Assembly (NCBI RefSeq): GCF_006345805.1
Contig: NC_043002.1
Span: 36,518,001-36,582,000, forward strand
Direction of reading: 5' to 3'
DNA: 64,000 bases
From: Octopus sinensis
Taxonomy: Eukaryota
Of the stretch, positions 53,387 through 64,000 are shown in pieces (within the stretch, counting starts at the first letter, position 1; each line of letters opens with the position of its first letter). The notes beneath the pieces were generated by a model. The model made no database searches, was not told where the DNA came from, and was given only the letters and a program-made list of their open reading frames with translations. The position numbers and the translations under genes were made by a program.

Positions 53387-53565
53387 ACAAAGGGTAAAAT
53401 TAATTAATTAAGAAGTAATCAATAATTTCACCAAGTAGAATTCGGCATGAAAAAAAGACCATTTCACGGTAAACTTAAGTAATACTTAATAATTAGGGTT
53501 CAGCAAAGATTTGCTTTACTACATACCGAAGTTTAGAAATAGCAGCCAAAAACCTTAGCTATTGC

Positions 53566-55489
53566 GGTTAATATAGGGCGTAACAAATATCAGAAAATCA
53601 AAACAAAAATGTGTGTAATAGGTGTAAAACAACTTCCTATGAACGAATATGAAAAAAAAATTCGCGCACGCGAAAGGGGGGTGGGGGAGAGGCCTCGGAA
53701 AATTCACATCGGGAAGTTCCGAAAGCGTCTGAGGGGCTGACCCGGGCACCAAAACAAAAAAAAATAGTGTAATATGTGTAAAACAACTTGCTCTAAACGA
53801 ATATGAAAAAAAATGCGCTCTCGAGAAAGAGGGGTGGGGGAGAGGCCTCGGAATATTTATATCGGGAATTTCTGAAAGCGTCTGAACCGGGCACAAAAAC
53901 AAAAACAAAAACAGCGTAATAGGTGTAAAACAACTTGCTCTAAACGACTATCATGAAAAAAATGCGCGCTCGCGAAAGGGGGGTGGGGGAGAGGCTTCGG
54001 AAATTTCCCATCTTCAGTCCACGGCCTTTAAACTAAGAAAAATAGTGTAATTGGTGTAAAACTACTTGTTCTAAACGAGTATCAAGAACACACACTCACA
54101 CATGAATCATAAACTCCGTATTTCGCAAAAAAAAAAAAAATAAAGAGAAGAAATTCTGGAAAAAGTGAAGAAATGTTGGATCTCCGCCATGTGAATAAAA
54201 ATACGTTTCAGAAACATCTTGAAATACTACAGAAATTATGTTACGAAAATGATAATGTATACATACCTCTTTGAGTGGTCCATCGATAATGATGATAAAG
54301 AAATGAGTTGGATTTGAACTCAGAATATTGACTAACACAACTACATACTACAAGACTCAAAATATTCAGCCAAGTCACCACCCTTTAACTAGCAATAATA
54401 ATAACATCAATAACATAACAGCCAAAAGATTTATTTGTTCTGAAAATAACAATCATAGTAAATAAATATGTTCTTTAATATTCACATTCATGTGCACAGT
54501 TAAACACACTTACATACAAACAGTCACGCATGCATAATACAGAACGGAACACATAAATGAAGGATGCATTACTTAGTATATATTACATCTAGAGAATTTT
54601 GATTAATAAGTCAAATATGCAAATTATAAAGATAATTAATTGCTTTACTAAACAGTGTTGTAAAGGTGAAAAAATAAATTTGGGAAAAAAATACACGCCA
54701 AAACTAATTAATAAAGGATAATTAGGGAAGGATTGACACAAAATAATAATTTTTTCTGTCTCTTTTTTTCTGATAAATGCATCTTAATAAGTGAGAATTG
54801 CATATATCTGAACTATTTCAAAGAAAAGCATAAATTTAATGTTTAAAATAGCTTTAACCAAGGAATGAGATCCAACATTTCTTCACTTTTTCCAGAATTT
54901 CTTCTCTTTATTTATTTTTTTTTTGCGAAATACGGAGTTTATGATTCATGTGTGAGTGTGTGTTCTTGATACTCGTTTAGAACAAGTAGTTTTACACCAA
55001 TTACACTATTCTTTCTTAGTTTAAAGGCCGTGGACTGAAGATGGGAAATTTCCGAAGCTTCTCCCCCACCCCCCTTTCGCGAGCGCGCATTTTTTTCATG
55101 ATAGTCGTTTAGAGCAAGTTGTTTTACACCTATTACGCTGTTTTTGTTTTTGTTTTTGTGCCCGGTTCAGACGCTTTCGGAAATTCCCGATATAAATATT
55201 CCGAGGCCTCTCCCCCACCCCTCTTTCGCGAGAGCGCATTTTTTTTTGTCATATTCGTTTAGAGCAAGTTGTTTTACACATATTACACTATTTTTTTTTG
55301 TTTTGGTGCCCGGGTCAGCTCCTCAGACGCTTTCGGAACTTCCCGATGTGAATTTTCCGAGGCCTCTCCCCCACCCCCCTTTCGCGTGCGCGAATTTTTT
55401 TTTCATATTCGTTCATAGGAAGTTGTTTTACACCTATTACACACATTTTTGTTTTGATTTTCTGATATTTGTTACGCCCTATATTAACC
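53566..55489. mobile_element. Foldback-type DNA element with long TIRs, non-autonomous
   Basis: TIRs at 53566-54184 and 54867-55489 beginning GGTTAATATAGGGCG; perfect 8-bp TSD GCTATTGC at 53558-53565 and 55490-55497; AT-rich non-coding 682-bp core. Confidence 0.92.
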
Positions 55490-55556
55490 GCTATTGCTTC
55501 TACTTTAAAAAGGGACTCCCAGAGAAACCAAAATACTTGAAAACAATCCACACAGG

Positions 55557-55597
<41 letters not shown>

Positions 55598-56476
55598 ACA
55601 AATTAATAAATAAAACATATGCATATATACATGCATATATGTACGTACCTATATCTACATGTATATATACATGCATATATGGGTACAGGACACCAAAAAA
55701 AAAAAAAAACGTCGAACACAATGAGAAACGAAAACATAAACACAAAACCAAGGAAATGGACATTTTTCTTAAACAACGAAAAAATAGAGTACAGGACATA
55801 CAATAATACAAGGAAAATTCCCCTTCTTCAGTCGCCTCTGTTTCATCTACTCCGCGTGCGAAGGTCATAGACAAATACCAGCATTGTATTTACGTATGTT
55901 ATTCAAATACATGACACTGGCCACTTCGAGCTATTTCTCTTAGCTCATTTTTGTTTAAATAGGTGTATATGTACACACATACATTGCCTCCGCTGTCTAT
56001 AATTCTTTCACTGTGTGTGTGTGTGTTTGTTTATGTGTGTTCGTGTATGTGTGTGTTTGCGCGCGTGTGTAAGATATTTGTACAGAGTGACTTCTCTTGG
56101 TGTGAAATTGAAGGAGTGTCACTCAAGATAAGTGATTTTAAGTACTAAGTTGCTGATTGATGTTTGTTTCTTAGTCATTAGTCTCTACATGACTATTATA
56201 TTTAGTATATATTTTCAAGAAGATACATAGATAAATATGTGTAAACATACACCAAACAAATTAAATAAGTAATGCGAATTTCGTAAATGATTCAAGTTCG
56301 ACGATCCTGAGAACTCGGTAGATGTAGGGGGAATAACTCTTATAATCAGTCAGAAAATACTGTTATCCTGACGATCAAATGGTTATAGCTATAGGACGTC
56401 AGATGTCTCGGAGGTGTTCTGTGAGCATATGTGTGTGTGTGTGTGTTTATGCGTATTTGTGTGCGTGTGTGATATA

Positions 56477-56982
56477 TCTATATATATAAAACTCTAGTTG
56501 TGTGAGTATCTGTCCCCTTCGATTTAGATTCCTAACTCCTCCCACATTTTGCGGTGCAGTTTAACCAAAACCGGGTATCTTATAGTCGTGATTCATATCG
56601 AGCCCGTCTGACTATTAGCGCGCGTCAACGATGAGTCTACGATTTTAAAAATAATTTAACATCATTTTTTATTCCATTTTAATGCATAAAATGCATCGTG
56701 TGTCGATGGCCGCGGAGTTGGCGTCCACGCTCACAGTTGCACCTGTTTGCTTCTCCCCCTTCCCTCCCTCGTGAAGCTGTGGGGAAGGGAGTGTAAAGAA
56801 ATCAACGTCGTAATGCGTTGTGAAGGAAACCAGCGTTCTTTTAGAACAACGACTTCATGGCTTGAAGACACCAAAACAAAAATGGCTAAGAAAGCCTGAA
56901 TTTATAAGGGAAGTAACTCTCTAAAAATGCTTATATAGTTATTTCCCTTACAAACCCGAGCAACGCCGGGCGATACTGCTAG
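56477..56982 (+). mobile_element. Non-autonomous Helitron, copy 1
   Basis: 5' TC after an A; 3' hairpin CCCG-agcaacgc-CGGG followed by CTAG. Confidence 0.88.
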
Positions 56983-57499
56983 TCTATATATATAAAACTG
57001 TAGTTGTGTGAGTGTCTGTCCCCTTCGATTTAGATTCCTAACTCCTCCCACATTTTGCGGTGCAGTTTAACCAAATTCGGGTATCTTATAGTCGTGATTC
57101 ATATTGAGCCCGTCTGAGTATTAGCGCGCGTCTACGATGAGTCTACGATTTTAAAAATAATTTAACATCATTTTTTATTCCATTTTAATGCATAATTTTT
57201 CGTGTGTCGATGGCGGCGGAGTTGGCGTCCACGCTCAAACACCTGCGCCTGTGTTTTCTTCTCCCCCTTCTTCCCTCCCTCGTGAAGCTGTGGGGAAGGG
57301 AGTGTAAGGAAATCAACGTCGTAATGCGTTGTCAAGGAGACCAGCGTTCTTTTAGAACAACGACTTCATGGCTTGAAGACACCAAAACAGAAATGGCTAA
57401 GAAAGCCCGAATTGGCATCTATAAGGGAAGTAACTCTCTAAAAATGCTTATATAGTTATTTCCCTTACAAACCCAAGCAACGCCGGGCGATACTGCTAG
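56983..57499 (+). mobile_element. Non-autonomous Helitron, copy 2, head-to-tail with copy 1
   Basis: Junction CTAG|TC; ends CTAG|T. Confidence 0.88.
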
Positions 57500-57924
57500 T
57501 ACATATATACAAATGTGTGTGTATGTGAAGGTTTCCAAGAATTCCTTTTGTTCTAAATCTGCCTTTGTTATTAATCCGTGGAGAGCTGCCCCCAATATAT
57601 TCAAATGTCTCTTTGACACAAGATGAACAGTAAAGATAAAATGTTCATGGGGAAAACTACACAATATAATAAATTAATAAACGACTCCAGATCATCAGTG
57701 GGAAGTTTAAAAGAGGAACATGATTTTTAGGGAGAGAGTAAGGAAAAGATGATGCTGAATAGTGGTTTTTGAGCTGATTAACTGTGTGGAGCATTGATCA
57801 CAAATAAAAATATCTACTGGTGCACTTTGTATCGAAAATAAAGTTAGGATTTCAGAAAATCGATAGAAAGTATATATATATAGGTGTAATATATAGTATA
57901 TAAAGTATATATATATATATATAT

Positions 57925-58094
57925 AGGTGTAGGAGTGGCTGTGTGGTAAGTAGCTTGCTTACGAATGACATGGTTCCGGGTTCAGTTCCACTGTGTGGCA
58001 CCTTGGCCAAGTGTCTTCTACTATAGTCTCGGGCTGACCAAAGCCTTGTGAGTGGATTTGGTAGAAGGAAACTGAAAGAAGCCTGTCGTATATA

Positions 58095-58129
<35 letters not shown>

Positions 58130-58432
58130 AATATAAGAGAGTGGTCACTATATGGCTCACTCTAGCACCAGTTAATCCAAAAGGTTTCAACCACAAAAAT
58201 ACATGTTTCCCATGAAAGTCAGTACGATTGTTAGCTCACACGGACAGGGCAAATAAAAAATAACAAAAATACAGATTATTTTGCGACAATTGTTTCGCTA
58301 TTAATGAATTAAATGTAATTTTACTTACAAAAAAATCCACTTGTAGCTCGTCAGCCAAAACTATCTGGATGAAATCCACTCAATCACACGCCAGATTAAT
58401 TATATATATATATATACATATATATGACAGGC

Positions 58433-58472
<40 letters not shown>

Positions 58473-58670
58473 CTGTGTTTGTCCCCCTGACATTGCTTGA
58501 CAACCGATGCTGGTGTGTTTATGTCCCCCGTAACTTAGCGGTTCGACAAAAAAGACCGATAGAGTAAGTACTAGGCTTACAAAGAATAAGTCCTGGGGTC
58601 GATTTCCTCAACTAAAGGTGGTGCCCCAGCATGGCTGCAGTCAAATAACTGAAACAAGTAAAAGTAAAAG
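57925..58670 (+). mobile_element. Composite SINE split by an insertion in its (TA)n tract
   Basis: 5' half at about 57925-58090 and 3' half at about 58468-58670, with about 270 nt of foreign sequence between TA runs. Confidence 0.75.
58278..58361 (-). ncRNA. Type I hammerhead ribozyme motif with a GUC cleavage triplet
   Basis: GUUUUGG-CUGACGA-GCUA-(43 nt)-UAGC-GAAA-CAAUUG-UC-GCAAAAU: complete core, G10.1-C11.1 pair, palindromic stem III, and stem I with one G-G mismatch. Confidence 0.7.
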
Positions 58671-60323
58671 TAAGTAAAAGCAAAGTAGTTATCTTTTATC
58701 CTTTATCCTTTACTTGTTTCAGTTGTTAGGTGGCAGCCCTGCTGAAGCACTGCCTTGAATAATTTTTATGATGTAGTGGTTGAACCATGTCAATAATTGA
58801 ATCTTTACTATATCGATAGGTCTTTTTGGCTGAAGTCTGGAATTTGAGTTTGTGTATGTGTGCATGCATCTCTGTGTGTGTGTGTGTGTGTGTGTGTGCA
58901 GCTTTAACACTGTCTCAGATATGTGAATATGTGAGAGGTATACCTTTGTAGAATTTACTTGAGATTTATAGAGGGTCATCCAGAGATCAGGACTGAAATA
59001 TTGTTTGGATCACGAAGAGAATTGTGTTTAGAATACAGATTTGGCAATGATGTGTTAGGTCATCATAAGAGATTGATAAGTCTGGCATTCTTAGTCATTT
59101 CAAAGGCTTTAATGGTGTGTTTTCATGTCTAGTGATTCCTCTTTACAACTTGATTGCTGATTACTACTTGAAGCTATTTGAGAGTTAATTGTCCTAGCAA
59201 CAGATGCAATGCAGTTGTTCTGCTGTCTTATTCACTCAGCCTTTCATATTTCTCTTTTTCATTTAGATTTCCTTAGTTTAGCTGCTATTTTTAGCAGATA
59301 TGTATCTGTTTACTGTATTTATTAGTAATATAGGCACAAGATCTTAGATTTTGTGAATGGCTGCTTGCATGTATCATCACTTTAACTAATGATTTTTAGT
59401 AACTCCCTTGACAAGCACTAAGTGTTTACCTTGAAATTTTCATGGTAAATTACAAAGATAGTTTCCTATTATTTTCCTTTTGGTGCTTTTCCTTTTAGGA
59501 GACACCACATGAGAGAGCATGTTTACAATGTGATTGCCTTTCCACCCATCCATCTCCAAGGTACTAGACACACACTCAATGAGCACATCACTAACTGAAA
59601 TCAATACCATAGTACTCACAAAACCAATACTAATATGTATCCTTTCCCCAATAAATTTAATCTTACCAATTGTGCTCCCTATCCTAAAAGTATAAAGCCC
59701 AACTACTACAGTAACATCATCCCTTGCTACAGCATGCAAATATCAACTTGAATCTCCTCTTGCTAATCTCTGGAGGTATCTGCAGACCTCAGGATTTATT
59801 CCAGAACATTTTTCTGTCCCAGTCTGTTATTCTAGCTTTTTAGAATGGAAATAAGTTACTTGCTGTGAGTCACAGTCCAATCTCACAAACTTCTCATAAT
59901 AAAGTATTTGAAAGGGCAATGCGATCAAAAATAACTGCCTCCTAGACAAAGATCATATTGATCCTAACGAATATAGGTCTGAGCAGAACTCTAATTTGAT
60001 AAATACACTGTGATTTGAATTAGATGCAAAAAAAAAGAAAGAAAGGAAAAAAAAAAACCTCCAGCTAAATGAGGGAAAACTCAAGCTCATTCCTTCCCAA
60101 AAAGAGAATATAAACAGTCGTATTCTCTGCAATCCAGTTGTGACTATCCTGTGTTTTTCATATATTAAGAAATATTATAGTATCTCATGTTTTCTTCTTT
60201 ATTTACAATGAAGGGAGAGAGCTGACCAAACCCTAGTGAGTGGATTTGGTAGATGGAAAAAAAGTCTGGTCATGGGGAAGTATTACCTATATTACCTCAC
60301 TTGGAATCAGCCAATCTGCTATA

Positions 60324-60328
60324 ATAAA

Positions 60329-60402
<74 letters not shown>
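60324..60402. repeat. Compound (GT)n(GA)n microsatellite
   Basis: Read directly from the sequence. Confidence 0.95.
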
Positions 60403-60410
<8 letters not shown>

Positions 60411-60663
60411 GGAAGGATAAGAAATTTGGTTGCTATTTCTAACAGACTGAGCTGGTATCTGTGTAAAGGTCCCTTTGCTAGCTCATGAATTTGACATGAA
60501 GTGTTGCCATAAACCAGTCCTGTTCGGATACTGGTAAAGACTTCATCTTTCATACAATATATTTACAGTAATGTAGCCCTTTGCAGATGTTGTTTGCTCA
60601 CTAAGCTTTATTCACGGAAGGTGTTTAGTACTGTCAGCAGCCTGGAGATGTACTCTGCCTTTT

Positions 60664-60898
60664 CTTATTTCTTTACTGCCCACAAGGGGCTAAACATAGA
60701 GGGGACAAACAAGGGCAGACAAAGGGATTAAGTTGATTATATCGACGCCAGTGTATAACTGGTATTTAATTTATCAACTCCGAAAGGATGAAAGGCAAAG
60801 TCGACCTTGGTGGAATTTGAACTCAGAACGTAACGGCAGACGAAATACCGCTAAGCATTTCGCCCAAAGTGCTAACGTTTCTGCCAGCTCGCCGCCTT
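60664..60898 (-). mobile_element. tRNA-derived Nin/Deu-like SINE, second copy
   Basis: Reverse complement of the 26082-26314 family. Confidence 0.85.
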
Positions 60899-61240
60899 TT
60901 CTACTGCTACTGTAATGCTGTGCTCTGCTTTTTATACTGCCACTATAATGCTCTCTACTCCTCAGAGCTGGGTTATTTCTCATACTATCTCCACTGAAAC
61001 ACTCTTAGTTTATTCATCTCTCTTTCTGTCATTATCCATGTTGTCTCCCAACTGACCAAGCCCTGCACAGACCACTACTTTCAATCCTTTAACCCCAGAA
61101 AGTTTTCCCCCTGGAACTCTGTTCTTGCTCCTATTTTCTATGTAGGCACCGACTTGTAAAATTTTAAACATTATCTTAATAGCATTAATCTCACTGGTCT
61201 TGAACTATCTGCAAAAATCATAACAACCCTTCCTTTAGAC

Positions 61241-61402
61241 CAGGTATGAGCAATTTTTTTGAGAAGTGATTCATATGAGACATGAGCACTGTATACAGTA
61301 AGTATTATCATCAGACAGATCACACAACTAAAAAAATTCAAGATAATATTTTGTTGATATGCCATTCAGAAAGTTCCACAAGTCAGAGTTTGCCAATGCC
61401 AA
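61241..61402 (-). mobile_element. hAT (Charlie-type) MITE, internally deleted copy
   Basis: Shares GGCAAACT...GTGG.ACTTTCTGAATGGCAT with 30361-30603; flanks CTTTAGAC and TTCTAGAT fit an nTCTAGAn target. Confidence 0.55.
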
Positions 61403-64000
61403 TTCTAGATCCTGCAAGTACTCCCACCATTTATTTTACAGTGCCATCAAAACATTAATTGAGTGGACTGTATCCTCACCCCTAACATATGTATGTTTCC
61501 AACTTTCAGCTAGGTGTATTGAACTAATCCAGAGTTAAGTGTTGATCACAGATACAGCACAATGTGTCAGTGACAGGACGCAAACTACAAGCCCTTTCAG
61601 CTAGTTGTCAGATGTCCCATCAGTTCTCTCTTTGATGCTGAAGAAGAAATATCATAAATGAAAAAAGAAAAACACAAAAAAATACTGCAAATAGACAAAG
61701 AAAAGAAGAGACAAGACAAATATTTTGTAAAAAGAATTCCTTTATTTAGATATAACGTAGCATTCAGAGAAAGTTTAATTTGCATGATAAACTATACATT
61801 TTCTAGGTCTGTCTCAAAAGTAAAAGGTTAACAATAGACTGTTTTACAGACAGAAACAGCAGGTAAGTCTCCTTGATCATTGAATACCATTTCAGATGGA
61901 TATAAAATTTAAGTCACTGGATAAATAAATAAATAGATAAATAAATAAATAAATAAAGTGGTGGTGATGGGGAGAAAATTGCTGCAAAGAAATCCAATGA
62001 AAATTTAAGGAACATTTTTTTGTCTTGATTTGTGATCAATTTAATTCATATTTCTTAGTTCAAAAAAAAAAAAAAAAATCTAGATTTTAGTCTTTGGTTC
62101 ATTTATTGATTTTCAACTTCTAATATTAATTGCTGGCAATATCTCATGAATATAAGTTAATAATGTTTCTATAACGTTTTGTATATATTTTGTTATTTTA
62201 TTTTTTTCAATTTTTGGGGGGTTTTAATACAGCAAATGAAATTTATCACACAACGTTGCATTTTAACTTGAGATTAAAAAGCCCCATTCTGTTTATATTT
62301 TAAAAGATGGATAAACAGGGTTAAGAATTAAAAAAAAAAACCCATAAAATAAATTAAGAAAACTTTATCTAAAGTGGCATGCATGCTAGGGTCAGGTGAC
62401 CCCTGGTCTTAAAAATTACATTTAAGTCAATCATTTTACAAACAATCGTTATTAAACAAATACATTCATGCACACAGAAAAAAAAAACAAAAAAAAACAA
62501 ATAAACAAAACAAACAGAAACAACTCAACAAACAATTATATGTGTTGTGTATGTATAATGTATGTATAATTTGATGTAAATATAAATTATTTCTATCAGA
62601 TGATTAAAATAGCACAAACAAAAGAAAATAAATTAAATATTATAAATATGGTTGTTGGAGTATTTGGTTCACTAGCAGAATGTTAACAGAGCAGTTCACT
62701 ATGGTAACCCCAAGACTGTTATTTCCTATCACATATACTCTCCTCAATGAGGTCACCATCTGCAGACAAGAGGTAGGTTGGTGCAGAATTATTATTAACA
62801 TGTAAAAGAAAGAAAGGGTGTCTGTAACATAAGTTTAACATTTTACTAACACATTAATCATAACGTGATCGTGATGTAGACGATGTCGTAAAAGTGTCCC
62901 CGGCTAACGACTCAATAGTCAATTCTATTTACTCAGATTAACTAAATTAGTGAGAAAATGATGCTGAATGTCTCCTATCAAAAACTATTGAACATAAAGA
63001 AAATTTTGACTGCCTTCACTCTCTTATTCCTCTATATTTCTCCAGTATCACTATAATTTACATCTCTCAGTCATTCCTCTTCTAGTTCTCACATTTCTCT
63101 TACAATCTCCATTTAACTCTACCTCACTCTTCATTTTTCTTCTTCTCTATCAATAAACTCATTATTTCATAAACAATGTTTGAACAAACAACAACAAAAA
63201 AAAACAACGTAAAAGTAACAAAAAAACTTCAGCAATTACTTAATTAATAATAAAAAAGCAAAACAACTGTTATTAATCATTGATTTCTTACTTTCATTAA
63301 TATTGATTCCTTATTGTTAATTAAAACAAAATATAGCAAAACAAACAATAATTGTTTCCTCAGGGAAAACTTTGATAATTTTTTATAAAACCTGCTTGTG
63401 ATTGCTTCTTTGTTTGCTTGTTAATAATGATTTTTTACTTTAGTTAAAAACCTATATGGTTTTCAGGAAGGAATATTGTTACATGCAGGGATCTTTTTTT
63501 TAATTGAACCTGAAGAGACAAAAGAAAGAAGTCTATCCTGATGGGATTTGAACTTTCAGGGACATAGAAAGGACAATGTTAAATGATGTAAAGTTTTTAG
63601 TACTATTGTATTGCTCCTGCCATTTCACCGTCCTTGCTTTGTGAATTATAATAATTTATATATGATAGACTATATTTGTCTGTTTTTATATACTGTGTTT
63701 ACGTGGAATATTACTGGCACAAACCCTTGCTTATGACAGAGTGAGATGGTTAAATTGGTGAATAAGGGAGGTAATTCATATGCAACTTTTGAAACTATTC
63801 AAAAAACTTAATGTGGTTTTTAAAATAAAGAAATATAATTTATTGCATTTGATCTTTTCTACATATTTTAGACATGACTTCACAATAGTTGAAATAAATA
63901 TGGTAATTAGAAATCATGTTGATGGAAAAACATTAGAGAAAATTTATAACTATAAAGAAATCCTATCTAGAGAATTTGACTGAAAAAGCCATCATTGATG

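Noticed and set aside
55031-55065. CUGAAGA...GAAG-CUUC hammerhead look-alike within the foldback TIR
   Set aside because: GAAG instead of GAAA, no loop for stem II, only a 3-bp stem I, and the mirror arm differs at the would-be cleavage site.
55810-55870. CUGAAGA on the minus strand as part of a permuted hammerhead (similar motif near 34355)
   Set aside because: No correctly placed GAAA and NUH with supporting stems in either copy.
59440-59739. 99-aa minus-strand ORF as a gene or TE fragment
   Set aside because: No recognisable motif or convincing splice sites.
226-63983. The many 60-140 aa ORFs rich in YI, HT, CV or ER runs, or SINE-derived peptides such as EDTCPRYHTVGLNPEPCG
   Set aside because: They are translations of microsatellites and SINE/LINE UTRs and recur wherever those repeats occur.

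Overview
AT-rich, microsatellite-dense eukaryotic DNA. The repeat families suggest an octopod cephalopod (inference, not searched). One protein-coding gene is supported: a long, TMD0-containing ABCC/MRP1-like transporter on the minus strand. Coding exons 1-8 lie between 35560 and 5859, were reconstructed by hand from GT-AG sites, and the gene continues past the left edge. The rest is introns and about 28 kb of upstream DNA filled with mobile elements: RTE, CR1 and CRE LINE fragments, tRNA-derived SINEs, a solo LTR, a Gypsy-like pol fragment, Helitrons, and piggyBac-, hAT-, pogo- and foldback-type DNA elements. Most unusual: (i) a modular double-hairpin cassette in RTE 3' UTRs, expanded in one copy into a 13 x 129-bp array; (ii) three or four minimal hammerhead ribozyme motifs of the Penelope-associated type; (iii) a 1.9-kb foldback element with about 620-bp TIRs and a perfect 8-bp TSD; (iv) a head-to-tail Helitron dimer; (v) a tRNA-Glu/RTE-tail chimera. 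No CRISPR or rRNA was seen. All alignments and folds were done by eye.
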